NCBI GenBank assembly: GCA_973895155.1
Contig: OZ316891.1
Span: 1,541,324 to 1,605,323, forward strand
Direction: 5' to 3'
Length of the DNA stretch: 64,000 nt
From: Marsupella aquatica
Taxonomy: Eukaryota; Plantae; Marchantiophyta
The notes beneath the pieces were generated by a model, which was not told the origin of the DNA, did no database searches, and saw only the letters and a list, made by a program, of their open reading frames with translations. The position numbers and the translations under genes are program-made. Shown here piece after piece: positions 39,926 through 52,558 of the stretch. Numbering within the stretch: position 1 is the stretch's first letter; the number at the start of each line of letters is the position of its first letter.

Positions 39926-40420
39926 CTAGCCGGATGCCCGGCCGTCTGGTGCACAAAAGATTTTGAGGAGAAAACAAGATGTCAAGGACTGAGAGTGAAA
40001 AACAAGGAGGTGAGGTAAAGATGCAGAGGTGAAAAAAGATGTCGATGAGATAAGGAGATGTAAGTTGAGGTGAGGAAAAGAAGTCAAGGTGAGAAAAAGA
40101 GGTCGAGGAGAGAAAAGATGGCAAGTTGAGAAAATATGTAAAGATGAGGAAACGATATCAAGAAGAGAAATTAAAGATGTTGAGGGTGACGGAAAGATAT
40201 CATAGTGAGATAAAGATGGCAAGGTGAGCAAAAGGTAAGATGTCAAGTTGAATAAAAGATGTCAAACTAGGAGAGAAAAGATCTCAAGGAGAGAAAAGAT
40301 GTCAAAAGTGATAAAAGATGTCATGGTGAGATTAAGATATCAATGTAAGAAAAATGGTGAGATGCATGAGACAAAGATGTCAAAGTAAAGTTGTTGTGGC
40401 GGTATTTAATAACTTGTGCG
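39926..40420 (-). mobile_element. Putative non-autonomous Helitron end with a GACATCTTT-type minisatellite
   Basis: The minus strand ends GGCCGGGCATCCGG-CTAG|T and is preceded by many cttgacatcttttctc-like units. The same architecture appears at 59490-59748. Confidence 0.45.
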
Positions 40421-40928
40421 TTGCACATAGAAATTGAAGACGCAAGATAACGATCAAAATATGTGAGCAAAATCATAAATTTTGAACAAATAAATTTAAA
40501 AATTAATCAAATTAGAAAAACCCTTTCACCTTCTATTATATAAGTTTGACCATTTTTTAAGTACCATGTTGAATAGTTTAATTTGCCAAAATGTGGTGGG
40601 CCATTACACATGTAGGGCCTCTCGTATGCCTTCTCACATACACAGGTTGACATATGGTGGCCCCTACTACACACTAATGGTCCATCTCCAGACCATTATT
40701 ATCTATAAACTATATATTGCATAAAAAAGCTACTCATCGGGCCTATTGTCAAGAGTAAAGCCTCTAGAATGTGACTCTAAGAATATAATTGAGAGTACTT
40801 GTGGAGACAGAAACAGGGATGGGGTCTCTAAAAGGGCATAACTCAAAGTGGGGGTGGATAGGCACAAAAGATTGATAGGGCAAAGACCAGATAGTAAGGA
40901 ACTTTTTGTTGCAAGGTCTTGTTTTGTA

Positions 40929-42020
40929 GTCACCTGAGCTATTTGAGGTTCAAGGAAGGTGTACTTTTTTTGGGGGTCACCTCTATTTGGGATTCAAGGA
41001 AGGGGTACATTAGTTTTGTGTCACCTCTATTTGAGGTTCAAGGAAGGGGTATTGTTTTTGTATCACCTCTATGTGAGGTACAAGGAAGGGGTACTTTTTT
41101 TGGTGTCACCTCTATTTGAGGTTCAAGGAAGGGCTACCTTTTTTGTGTGTCACCTCTCTCTGAGGTTCAACGGAGGGGTACTTTTTCTTTGTGTCACCTC
41201 TATCTGGGGGTCAAGGAAGGGGTTCATTTTTTTGGTGTTACCTCTATTTGAGGTTCAAGGAAGGGGCACTTTTTTTGGTCACCTCTATTTGGGGTTCACG
41301 GAAGGGTTACACTTTTTTTGTGACCTCTATTTCAAGGAAGGGGTACATTTTTTTTTTGTCACCTCTATTTGAGGTTCAAGGAAGGGGTACTCTTCTTTTT
41401 TGGGTCACCCCTATTTGAGGTCTCGGGGGGTTGACTATCAACAATCTTAGGAACCACGTGCGATCCAAAATAGGTATTTTTCATATAAATTAGCTAAACT
41501 TTTAAAAAGCGTAAGAAGCAAAAGAAGGTATTATAAACCTATATTTGTAGAATATTATCTAATATATACCTTTTATAAAGTAAAATAGGTCATTAGTATT
41601 GAAAATAGAGAATATTTTTAGAATATTTCTATTATAAAATAGGTGTGTTTATATTAGGCTAGGATCGCACGTGGTACCCCAAAATATACACTAAGTTAAC
41701 CCCCCGAGTTTGAGGTTCAAGGAAGGGTTACTTTTTTTTTTTGTGTCACCTCTATTTGAGGTTCAAGGAAGGGGTGCCTTGTTTTGTGTCACCTCTATGT
41801 GAGATTCAGGGAAGGGGTACTTTTTTTTGTGTCACCTCTATTTGGAGTTCAAGGAAGGGGTCCTGTTTTTTGTGTCACCTCTATTTGACGTTCAAGAAAG
41901 GGGTACACTGTTTTTGTGTCTCCTCTATTTGAGGTTCAAGGAAGGGGTACAACTTTTTTTGTGTCACCTCTATTTGAGGTTCAAGGAAGGGGAACTTTTT
42001 TGTGGCACCTCTATTTTAGG
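40929..42020. repeat. ~36-bp satellite/minisatellite, about 20 copies, interrupted by a MITE
   Basis: Head-to-tail units of tgtcacctctatttgaggttcaaggaaggggtac(t)n with a variable T-run and no unique spacers. Confidence 0.95.
41422..41708. mobile_element. MITE with CTCGGGGGGTT(G/A)ACT TIRs and an 8-bp TSD
   Basis: The 15-bp TIRs match at 14/15 positions. TSD TTTGAGGT at 41414-41421 and 41709-41716. Inner inverted motif CCACGTGCGATCC; AT-rich core. Confidence 0.9.
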
Positions 42021-43000
42021 AACAAAATAGGGCGTTACTATACACGAAGACTCGGGAGGCAATGGAGCGTCATAATTCTAAAACCCTTCAGCCCTAAACT
42101 GTGGCGCGGGAGTAAAGCAATGACCAAGGTGGTCCGATGCAAAGTCCGCTTCGATGTCCGAAATCGTTTCTGGCATTTTTCTTCATTCCATGTGTAAAAG
42201 TAAGTAGAGCTTGAGATGATGCATTTTCATAATGATCCGGAATCTGTCGGCTCTAATAATGTTTACCGTATCTCATGTCATCCCCTGATGTTGCTGTTGT
42301 CAATCGGTCTTCTTCAACTCTGTTAAATCGAATTTGGAGAGCTCGAAACGCTTTGAGCAGAGGTGCAGAATGCTTAGAAAGAATGCTGTTCTATCTAGAC
42401 GTTAGGATTTTGTTGCGGATGCGGAGTCTGGCTGACTGAGGGATTTGTGCTGGGTCTATGTGTGGGTCTATGTGCTGATTACCGTCTCTGTGATTACCGC
42501 CGCAGTTGAAGCTGGAAATCAAAGTTTAAGGCGGAGCAACCGAAAGCTCACTTGAAGTGGCAGTCGAATGTTGAGCAATTTGCTGAAGTTAGCGTGCGAA
42601 GTTTCTGGAATTAGGTGGAGCAGCACTAGGGTTTGATCTTGCAGCCGAAAGATTAGGGCTAATATAGGATGAGGAAGGTGCGCAGTGGAAGCTCACAAAG
42701 TTGCCATGGATTTCTGCGTGGGAGTGGGGAAAAGGCTTTTGGTTGAGGCCAATTTCTACTGCACAGCTCTTGGAAAATATTGACACAGTGGGGCGACGTG
42801 AATCGGAGTTAATGGTTGGTGCATACCAGATTATCAAATCGCCCACTCGACGGACTTGCTCGAAATTGTTCGGTCTCGGCAACCGGTTTGTAAAACCAGT
42901 GAGTGAAAATGTAGTTTGTACAGTTCATGGAAACTGTCACCAATTGGAAAGAGCTGAAATGTAACTCAACAGGAAGGTTATCCGGAGGCTCCTATTGTCA

Positions 43001-44619
43001 ATGGCTGGCGACAGTGCAGGTTCTTGAACAAAATGCTTTTGTCCGCTTGGCTTCCACTCTTTGAATACTCTCGTTTGCCCTCAAATTTGTAATGCAGTAG
43101 AAGTAGTCCTAGAAATTCTGGTCATGGCTCGTGCAAATTGTCTCCAATGAAATCATTGGCACTTCGATTCAATTCAGATCTTTAATTTTCGTGTGCAGGC
43201 TTTGAGAGCTACCTCAGGGGATCATGGTGGGATGTTCAGATCAAGAAAGAACGGTCATCCATGGTCGAGCTCAGGTACACCGCAGACGAAGATGAGGATG
43301 GGTCGTGGGTACCGTTGACAGAACTGAGGTTGAGTTCCCGCAGAGCTGATGCCTGGGACTGTTATACCATCAACAAAGGAATGGATGTGGCAGTGCTGGC
43401 AAAGCATCCACATACTAAATCCCTAAATCTTGACAAGGAAGTAAGGCTGATATCCCTTCAGCGCTCTCCTTCAGTTTTCTTCTCTGTGTTTGGTCCTTAC
43501 TTGTCCTCACCTCGTCCAAGGTTGTAGATATATCGTCCAAAGTCGTAGATAGCATTGATGCAAAAAGACTTCCCGTACCTGGCATTTCGTCTCACAAGAA
43601 TGATTTTCTTGCAGGGTCTCTATGATGCAAGAGTATCATCAGTTGCAAGGTCTATTCATACGCCTGGAAAATGTTCATGCAAATTTTCAATCCGTTTTTA
43701 CGATGTAAAGTTGGATACCTCCACAGATGGAACTGATTGGAACTTATTGGACAGAATCCTTTTGACAGATGAACCCGAAATTGAGGTGTCCATCTCTGAT
43801 ATTAGAATCCTGCAGAAACCTGCAGTTGTACCCTTGCGACATATAGTGGATGCACATCTTGATCTTAGGTGGATTCCACTTGGTAGAGCCTCCCAGGATG
43901 CATACTTTCTGGCAGAGACTGAGCTGAGCATCACCTCACGGCCAAGGGGACCATTAGTTCGAGATCATACCGACCCCGCAAATGTGCGATCTGCTGAGGT
44001 TCTATCACCATCACCAGCGAGATTCTCGGAAAAGAATGGAGAAAGAGCATCTAAGAGCAAAACACCAGTGGATGGTCCTCAACCAGATGTACATGGCTCG
44101 AGAGAGGCTCTGGGCACAGTTGAAGGGGAGTCCAGGGTACCTAAGTCAGCATCTGGTTCTCCAGAAAACCACGAACAGAAGGAGGCTGCAGGAAATGCCG
44201 ATAAAACTTGTCCACGGAATATCACCATTAAACGGGAGTGTTTCTCAAAAGAAGACCATGAAGAAGATCGGTCAAATGGTATCGTAGGTGAAGGGCCACC
44301 AGTGAAAAAAAGTGGTCGGCCGAGGCGGGAAGATATCCAAACCAGGCGGAAGGAGGATCCCAGAAACACAGTAGAGGACACGTTTGATATAGAGTGCACT
44401 CAGTTGTCCTCTGACACTTCAGATTCTGAAACTGAATGGACACCCGTAACAGGTCCCAAGAAGCTCCCTACAGCGCCATCCAGCATTCGTACCAGGGATA
44501 GGACCATCGCCCACAAGCGTAAGGTAGAAGAGGTCCGCAGACCTTCTCTAAGGAGTGGAACTAGATCTGGCACCAGGGACGCGTCAACATGTTCCGGTGG
44601 TTTTAAATCGCGCAGATAA
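43001..44619 (+). CDS. CLSY-type SAWADEE-like domain protein without an SNF2 helicase
   Basis: Exons 43001-43019, 43199-43440 and 43615-44619 give MAGDSAG/FESYLRGSWWDV...LRLSSRRADAWDC...GMDVAVL.../GLYDARVSSVARSIH..GKCSCKFSIRFY, then a disordered basic tail and a stop. Confidence 0.75.
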
Positions 44620-45347
44620 AGGATATTAGCTGTGAACAGTATTGGACGTCAAGTGTGTATATGAGCATCGTAGGCTCGCCAGAACACGAAGCACACGAAT
44701 TTACTTACGAGGATGTAAGTGTACAGTACAACTAGGGAGATTTGAGTTGCCTGGAGCTTCAGGAGGATTAAGATTTGCTCTTTGTTAATCGATTGAGTTG
44801 TTCCCTGGACTGCGTTCTGCATGGTTTCCCAGACGAGCGTAGAGTATGGTTCTGAAAAACTTTCAGCTTACAAGAGTAATAGAGTTCAAAGCAATTTGAT
44901 ACAACCAAGGGGAAAAGGTCCCAAGAGAAGGTTCATTACCTCTCACGGCAGTTACAACTTATCAAACTATACACAAACGCCTGTGGGATGCTAAGATTAT
45001 GTGCGAATGTCTGCTGCTGCGACTTCAAAGCTACACGAGGGTAAATTCTATTCACTTCTCGGAAACTTTATGAAACGCCAACACCCGGCCTAGGCGCCAA
45101 TTCCTCGACATATTTCACCACCACTCCTGTCATGAAGCTTGGTAGCTTGCAAACGCATCTCTCCTCGGTTTTGATGCCGTTCGTCCTGGTTTGGACCCCA
45201 GGCAATGGAGTCCCATCGTAAAGCAAGGGGAGGGTTTCCGTATCTCAGTCCACATGTTAACTTGTTCAAGTGGAGGTCAAGTTTGTGAAAACCTCATATA
45301 TCAGAAGCAGGAGATTCTCCTCTCCTCTGAGCCCGTATGTGTCAAAG

Positions 45348-48300
45348 TCAAGCCGAAGTCAAGTTAAAGTAGGTAGTATAGCTTTCATCAAGGTATGCAA
45401 AGATCGGGAAGAGCAAAAACTGCCGATTTAGCCCCTTGGCAATGAAACTCATAGGATTGTGCGTGGCCAGTCCTTTGTTCACTCTGAAACTTGCATTCTT
45501 GTCGAAATGAGGATCTCTCCCTCCAGCTTTTGGCTGACACTGTATTTTGATATAATTGTCCAAATCAGATGCCATAAAGCATCCTTCCATGGTCGCTACT
45601 TCAAAGGAAATAGTATCCCTCTCACCAGACAAGCCCGGTCGAACTTGGAAAACCTTGTGCTCATCTTGTGTCCGTTCAACAGTATCACCAGCCGACTCCA
45701 GTCTTTTATGAACTTGCGAGCTTTCGTTGTTGGAACGTTCGTTAAAGTTGATGAAGGATTGCTTTCGAGCTTCTCGGTCAACTGCAACTAGACGCTCATT
45801 AACGCCAGTATGGGCGAGCACTCTTCCAGGTTGGCTATAAGGCTCAAGATAAACCAACCTACCAATGAGAGAATCCTCAGGTGTCCCTACTGACAAAGTG
45901 GTGAGTAGAAATGTTGCTTGCGCTGCTTCATTAGTACCTTCTTTGGGTACTGATTTCATTGAAGCGGAGGTGCTTCCGTAACTCAAAACAGAAGTCCAAA
46001 CCCCAAAGTTTTGTGCCTCTGATCCTTTCAATGTTTCTGGGAGAGAAGTTGGACACCAATCTTGACTGAAAGTATAGAGCTGAGCTGAATGCGACTGTGG
46101 GACGGGGAAGATCCAAGACGAAAGTGCGCTGGTGTTTACAGCTTCAATTTCAAAATCTCCATTCGTCATACCAGCCAAAAGATAGGGGCCGAATAAAATC
46201 GCGTGAAGTGAGGAAAAGTGCTCCCGATCGTCTGCAAATGAGCAAGTTAACATTTTTAGCTCAAATAAGTGCAATTTGAAGTACATCAATCCTGATTTTT
46301 TTCCATGGATTCGAGTTGCATACCAAAGCTAGTACCTCACCTTGAATTCTCTCGAGGGCGAGAGATATATGGAGATCCACTTGCAGGACGTCTCCAGCTT
46401 TCCACTCCCGCTTTATCGAGAAAAAATGGCCTGAAAAATTACTTAGTGGTCAGACATGCTGGTACTGGGCCAGTGTTCGGTTTGACAAATAGATATTTTG
46501 TAGATGCTTTTCAAAAGTTGTGGATGATGACTGTCAAGATATGGAAAAAGGACCTGGCCGTGGTGCTCCCAAGGACAAGCCATTCAGGTTTACACCAGAT
46601 GTTTCTTCAATCGTCCACGATGGAATCCTCAGACTGAGTTCCGCCTGATCTCCATTCTTCCCCTGTTGCAAAGTTGCAAAGCCTAGCCATTATCTCGTTG
46701 CCAGTTACGTGACCAAATACTATTCATCGATAAACGGTGTAGAGAATCAGACAAGTGAAGGCCAAACGTAGCATCTTCTGCTCGAAATGCCGTTTTAGGC
46801 CACACTTGTAAAAACAAGTGAACAATTGTTCAATCGCATGTCTTCAGAAGGGTGCACCCACCTGATGAAGATCATAAAATTCAATGGTAACATGCATATA
46901 CGGATCATAGGATGACAATGGTAGGGCTTTCTGGCTCAGCAGCAACCCTGTCGCATCCCAGGTGAGATTGCTAGAGACAAACTGAGAGATGTGCAGTTTA
47001 ATGAGTTTTGTATCATAATCCTCAAAGTAGATCGAGTCTCCCAGTTTTGAAAAAGATTCGACTCCTGAAATACGATATCCCATTAGTGAGATGGCACTTC
47101 CGTCAATTATATCAGGAGATTATCCTTTCACACCTACTTCGAACCCATGTGATACAAATTCGACTAGCCAATTTACAAAGAAATTGCCTATCACTTCATC
47201 AACAATACTGCCATAAGCAGCAAATATAGGTTTATTGACTAGATTCATTTCAGAATTGGAATTTTCATTAAACTAACCTCTGCGTTCCTGCCTGACAAGG
47301 GGAAATCTTACCAGTTCCATAACAACACCAGAATGAGTTGTATGGTGTCCCCCAACCATGATATGAGACTGCCTTTGATGTTCCTGGCGCTTGAGGAAGC
47401 ATGTAAATCATCACGCCAGGCTCCTTTCCCCGTTGGATTCCCAAAATGCCGTTTACTAGAGTGCGCTCATAATAGTCAGCATAGCTTACATCTTTGGTCC
47501 ATCTGAACAGGTTTCTTGCAATCTGGACAATAAAATAGAACCTAGTTGTAGTTAAACCTCGTAAGGTATTCAAATTGATTATGACTCCTGTACACTGCTA
47601 TCTACGTGTTAACTGGCATTCAATAAAGATAATTAAAAAATCAGTACCCATCGCCAAATCCTTCACGCCAAAAACATTACCTTGAGCATATTGTATGTGG
47701 TACATGTTTCCTGATTTTCAGTGCTTAGAGCATCCCCATTTCGGTTGGGATATGTCCTGAAGTTGGAAACAAATAGAAATGTGTTAACGGAAAGAAAATA
47801 AGTATTTCTTAGGTGCTGCTCCAGTGCATGCCAAAGTTATGTTGTAGGATCAGAGTTATCGAGGAGAATTGACGATAACAAATATTGTCATGGCAAGGAT
47901 TAGCTTCACCAGAACTCAGACACGGAAGTTCCCCCAGTTGCATATCTATGTGATGTATTGACGATGTCTAGAAAGTATCGTGACAGTTCCTGCACAGTTA
48001 CCATCAGTAGAAAAATGAAATCATTATGGGGAATCGAGCTTGTTCCATCACCGACATAGTAGTCTAACAACTTCCTTCCTTCATTTGCACTTAATAGGTT
48101 CTGACCACCTTTCATTTAACATACATCAAGACAGCTGGATTACCCAAATTAAGAGTTTCTAGGTCAAATGACGGAGCCTCTCGGAGAACAGGACAACTTG
48201 TGAGCACTTCACTGATATTTACAAGACTGGCTCAAGACACAAAGCATCACGTCCCATTTTGAGTAGTGATCAGCTTACAGCAGGCATTAGTACAGATTAG

Positions 48301-50372
48301 TTGTGATTCCTGGAACTAACTTACCGCATACAGCTTGTCCCCAGTTGCTTCAAAGCGCATTTGAGCACCTACTACGAGAGGAATGTGGGTGTTTGAATGG
48401 AATCCGGATAAGCCATCTGTCTGCAAGATATATCCGTCAGGACTGTGTCAAATACTAAAGACAAATACCCAGATGGATGAAGTATCCATGTTTGGGATTT
48501 ATTAGGCTATGTCCAAAGTAGAATTCAAAAAGAGCGTTTGAATGCTGCCCTGGATGTGTTCAGACGATACTTGCCTCAAAAGAATTACAGGAATCAAAGC
48601 TAATAGAACTCGTAACTTATACTGGGGTCTGGGCATAAGTTAGCACCTGAAGAGCCAAAAGACCCAGGAAGCATGGTTTGTCGAATAAATGCGCCAACTT
48701 CAAGTGTTCAGGGTCTCCCTGATTTCCATGTCATCCCAGGTGAGTAACTGCAACTACAAAACGAGCTCTTGAGCTCTCAACCATGAGAACATTTGAAACC
48801 ATAATTGTCTTCGGGACAAAAGACGCCTAAGTTATCACGATAGACCATGAAGCCAGTTTACCGTGAGCATGAAGAGTCGGTACATGATGTCATTCATGCC
48901 GCCAACCTCCTCGTTCAGAGATTCCCAATGCCTCTCAATAGTGTACTTGTGAATCACATTTTCGACTCGTCTCAAAAAATACTCTGCCATCCAAAGCAGT
49001 ATCCCCAAAGCCTTCTCACTCCCAACAAGAACGTATTGGTCAAGAAGACCAGCCATGATCTGTAGGGTCCAGACAAAAGCCCCATCAGGTACACAAATCC
49101 ATCATCCGAACACAGAAAGCTTGATTGACACATCTGGCAAATGCATGCATACATGCATGGCAAGGATTCCCACCTTGTGTATGGTGTAGTATGGTGCCCA
49201 GACTGGTCTGATTGCTTCAAACCGATCAAAAAATTCGTCAGGGAAAGCAGATAAGTAACCGGTCCCCATCTGATCCTGGCACTGCTCTAATGCATCTACC
49301 AATTGTGTCATCTTCAATAGAAGGTCTTCGTTGCGTGTGCTTGCCCAAGTCAAGGCTGTCGCACTCAGATAATGTCCTGAAACAGTCCAACAATATCCAG
49401 GTTTGTAAGCCGAACTTGGAAGAACTGTAATACTCACATTAAGTTCAGGCTGGGGTTCTTTCTCTTCCTGCACGATCAACTTAGTATACGTTACGACCGA
49501 GCCAGGTGTGATGCACCGCTCTTAAAACGAGCATGGCAATACACTCGTAAGTGGTTCACCTTGACTCAAACTTTTGTCCATGGCATAAATATCAGCAGAA
49601 CGTTGATGTACTTCACATAACTGATTGTCTACTAACCCACGAAATGGCCTCGGAGTTCCATGTCCGGATGCTCCCAACCACCGTAGGCAGATCCCGGGGC
49701 AGGCAGGCCGGCAGTGACTCGGAAGTTCCAGACCAAGTTGTCCACGTCCAGCACCAGAAGGTACTGCAAATTCGTCTCTTGGGCAATCCCATGCAAGGAG
49801 TCAGCAGCCAGAGTGATCCGGTGTAGTGGCACTTCCTTCAGCAATGGAGAAAGCTTAAATTCCGATGCTTTGCTAGTCAGGACCGAAACTCCAACGCCCA
49901 CACTGTCTGCGCTATTCTGGCTGATGTTGAGAGAATGCTTTTGGCCTAAAGATTTCCTCAATTGGACGAATGATTTAAGCAATTCAGCTCCTCTGCTTTC
50001 GCTATGCCTCGTCTTTAGTTGGACCTTGGACACATCCCCACCTGCAGGCTGCGGGTCTTCGAGGTTTTTCGCGAGGTCTTCTTCCAGAATTGAAGTCTTG
50101 AAGTGATCTCCAAAAGACCCAGGAACGAGCTCTATTCTCGACGAAGCTCCCCATGAGTGCGGCACACTATGAGTTGAGAGGGGAATGCGGCGGGACAAAG
50201 ACGAGATATCTGTTTTCAATTTTTCATCCCAGAACAGACTCCCACGAGCAGTGTGAGCTTGTGTGGGGATGTTGGTACACTCCTTAGCTAGGCTTGTCCG
50301 CAGTCCAAGAATTGTCCACACTATCAACCAGAGGACGCAGATGATGGCCCGAAAAAGAGAGCTTCTGGCCAT
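45348..50372 (-). CDS. Secreted DUF1680 glycoside hydrolase (GH127/GH146 beta-L-arabinofuranosidase-like) with a C-terminal AbfB-like domain; about 12 exons
   Basis: Signal peptide followed by AKECTN. Motifs across exons: AQETNLQYLL, YGGWE..ELRGHFVG/HYLSA, GYLSAFP, VWAPYYTIHK, LNEEVGGMND, GFHSNTHIP, YATGGTS, QETCTTYNMLK, FWCCYGTG, LRIPSW, DESYTTYF. Confidence 0.93.
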
Positions 50373-52122
50373 TCTCCCTCGCTATCTGGATGTAGTACCA
50401 CTTCGCGTCCACCTCCTGCTGGTGAGTGTACAGAGAATACACCGGACGGCCCTTTCCTTGCAAATGCAGTTACCTGCCAAACCACACGAAGGAAGTTCTC
50501 AAATCGAAGCAAAGCATGGAAGGTACAATTCGTCAAGCGTGCTGCCTGATCTTAATACACAGTCATGGCTTCGCGAAGCGCTATCTATGGTTGTAAATAT
50601 TGCCTTCTCAGATCATTCGCCTCTAGTTGAGAAACAAACCAAGAGATTTCAAAGGCTTGAACGAGGAGCGATCCTTCCGATGGAGTGCCAAAAGACTACT
50701 GCTGGCGTTCAAATGTGCTGAATTTGCCGCATCTCATCTCTCTGTTAACAGAAATTGCGAAGCACTCTGGACCGGCTTTCACACCTGAGGACTCTATCCA
50801 GTTGCTCAAATTTTGCTTGGAGTGGACCTTCTACTCATCAATAGGAAACCAGAATTCCAAAAAGGCAAAATGTTTCTCAAATATTGGGTTCACGAGAGCC
50901 CTAAAGAGAAGAGCGATTTCAAAAGAAGAAAGCCGCGTAATTCCAAAAGCATCACTCTTGCTTGACAACGAACCACATAGGAAAATTCTTCTCCATCCTT
51001 ACCCTTGGACGAGAACTAATGACCTGCCAACATGCTCTGGACCCAGGTAATTTATAGGAGCCGGAATTAAACTCATCGACTACATTCGGCGGGAGATTGT
51101 TTTCCACACGTTCTTGAGAAAACGGCCGTCGTCGCCATTCCAGCCCTGTCCGTCGGAACCAGTGCAACCCGAGCCAGAAGCATGTTCTTCCTCTTCTGAA
51201 ATATTTTTCACGAGAAGTCTGCTCCTTCGCTCACAGCGACAACGTTACCGAGCGTTACCTCTGCATGCGAAAGGAGAACTTCGTGCGGCAACCTGCATGC
51301 CCTGAATTGCAGCTCGAGTACGACGTGGAGCGCGCGGGCAGACAGGCCGGACGGGAGGGGCCGGAGGAGGATCAACCAATCGCGAGGGGATTGGCTTTAG
51401 AAGAATCCCGCCGGCCATTCATGTGCTCGCTGCAATTCGTTTACTTCCTCGCGCTTTGCAGAAACGAAGACACCACGAGTTCTTCCAGGTTCGATCTTGA
51501 CCGATAATCGCGGTAAATTCTTCCAGTTGACCTGTCGCCACGATTCAACCTCGTCAATCTATAAGATAGAGATTCTATAAACTGATTACTATACACGATT
51601 CAACCTAGTCAATCTACGAGAAGATAGAGATTCTAAAGAACGAGTGCTGTACAGCAAAATGCTGTTTGCGAGGCATTCAGATTCAAGAGTCGACACAGTT
51701 CACCGAGATATGATCAAAGCCATTCGGTGGGTATCATTTATACAATGTGATGAATTTGATGGATAATGAAAAGGATAAAACAGTACATCAGCGAGACTTG
51801 TCTCATCCAGAAACCTGTTAGTTGTCATGATAAGGTACCGATGCTGTGGATGAAGAACGACACAAATGAATGTCCTTCGCTGAACGTTCTTCGGTTCAGT
51901 TTCCATAGAAATAAATTTTCCGGTAATCATGAATGTCATTTAGAATCAAAAGTGCCTAAATAAATAACTTCAGCGCACATTGTGAAAATATTCTTAGGAC
52001 ATGAAGAGGTTCGGCGATCTCCGGACAAGATCAGTTGACACAGTTTGACACTGCTTGCAAAGCGCATAATTAAGCACTCGTAGAAGAGATTCGGCAATCC
52101 TGGGAAAGATCACTTCACGCAG

Positions 52123-52558
52123 TTTGACGCTCCGAGAGGAAGGAGTGAAAGCTCGGCAGGTGACAGATGGAGCGCTTCAGTGCCATGCTGATGATGAAAG
52201 ACTTCTCCGACTCCCGGGGGACAGCAATAGGATGCTACACAAACTGGATGGAGGATCTTGTGAAGCGTCGGATCTTGTGAAGCTTGTCGGCATGCAAGCA
52301 AGCACGGATGCATTATTGTACAAATCATGACGTGAGTCCAGAAGGGACGGGGTCGTTATGGAAACACTCGGGGGAACAAAATTGAGCTGTGAGACGTACT
52401 GCCGTGTTCTCGGTACATTACGTTGGTATTCTGCCGCTGATAATGAAGAACGTGTTCGATGAATCATCCAGCTGTTAACATCCCGACAAATTCTTAGACA
52501 GGGCCGGACAGTTCGCCCTCCAAGAACAACAGCAGCTAAACAAGATATATACAAGGAG
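52123..52558 (+). pseudogene. Possible degenerate J-domain-like coding remnant
   Basis: AG/GT-bounded segment with two in-frame TGA codons. YCRVLGTLRWYSAADNEERVR*IIQLL is followed, after a frameshift, by HPDKF at 52479-52493. More exon-like pieces continue to ~54465. Confidence 0.3.

Noticed and set aside
40929-42020. CRISPR-like array (repeat length ~36 bp with a short internal palindrome)
   Set aside because: Units abut without unique spacers, there are no cas genes, and the context is eukaryotic. It is a satellite, and the ORFs across it are repeat artifacts.
1501-44619. Functional chromatin gene cluster (INO80B, CDCA7-like, SAWADEE)
   Set aside because: The genes are about 20 kb apart and interleaved with unrelated genes. 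Co-location is compatible with chance unless conserved synteny is shown.
46341-46661. Apparent gap or frameshift in the glycosidase gene
   Set aside because: Two short exons (~46661-46554, LRIPSW; 46430-46341, REWKAGD) fill it in frame.
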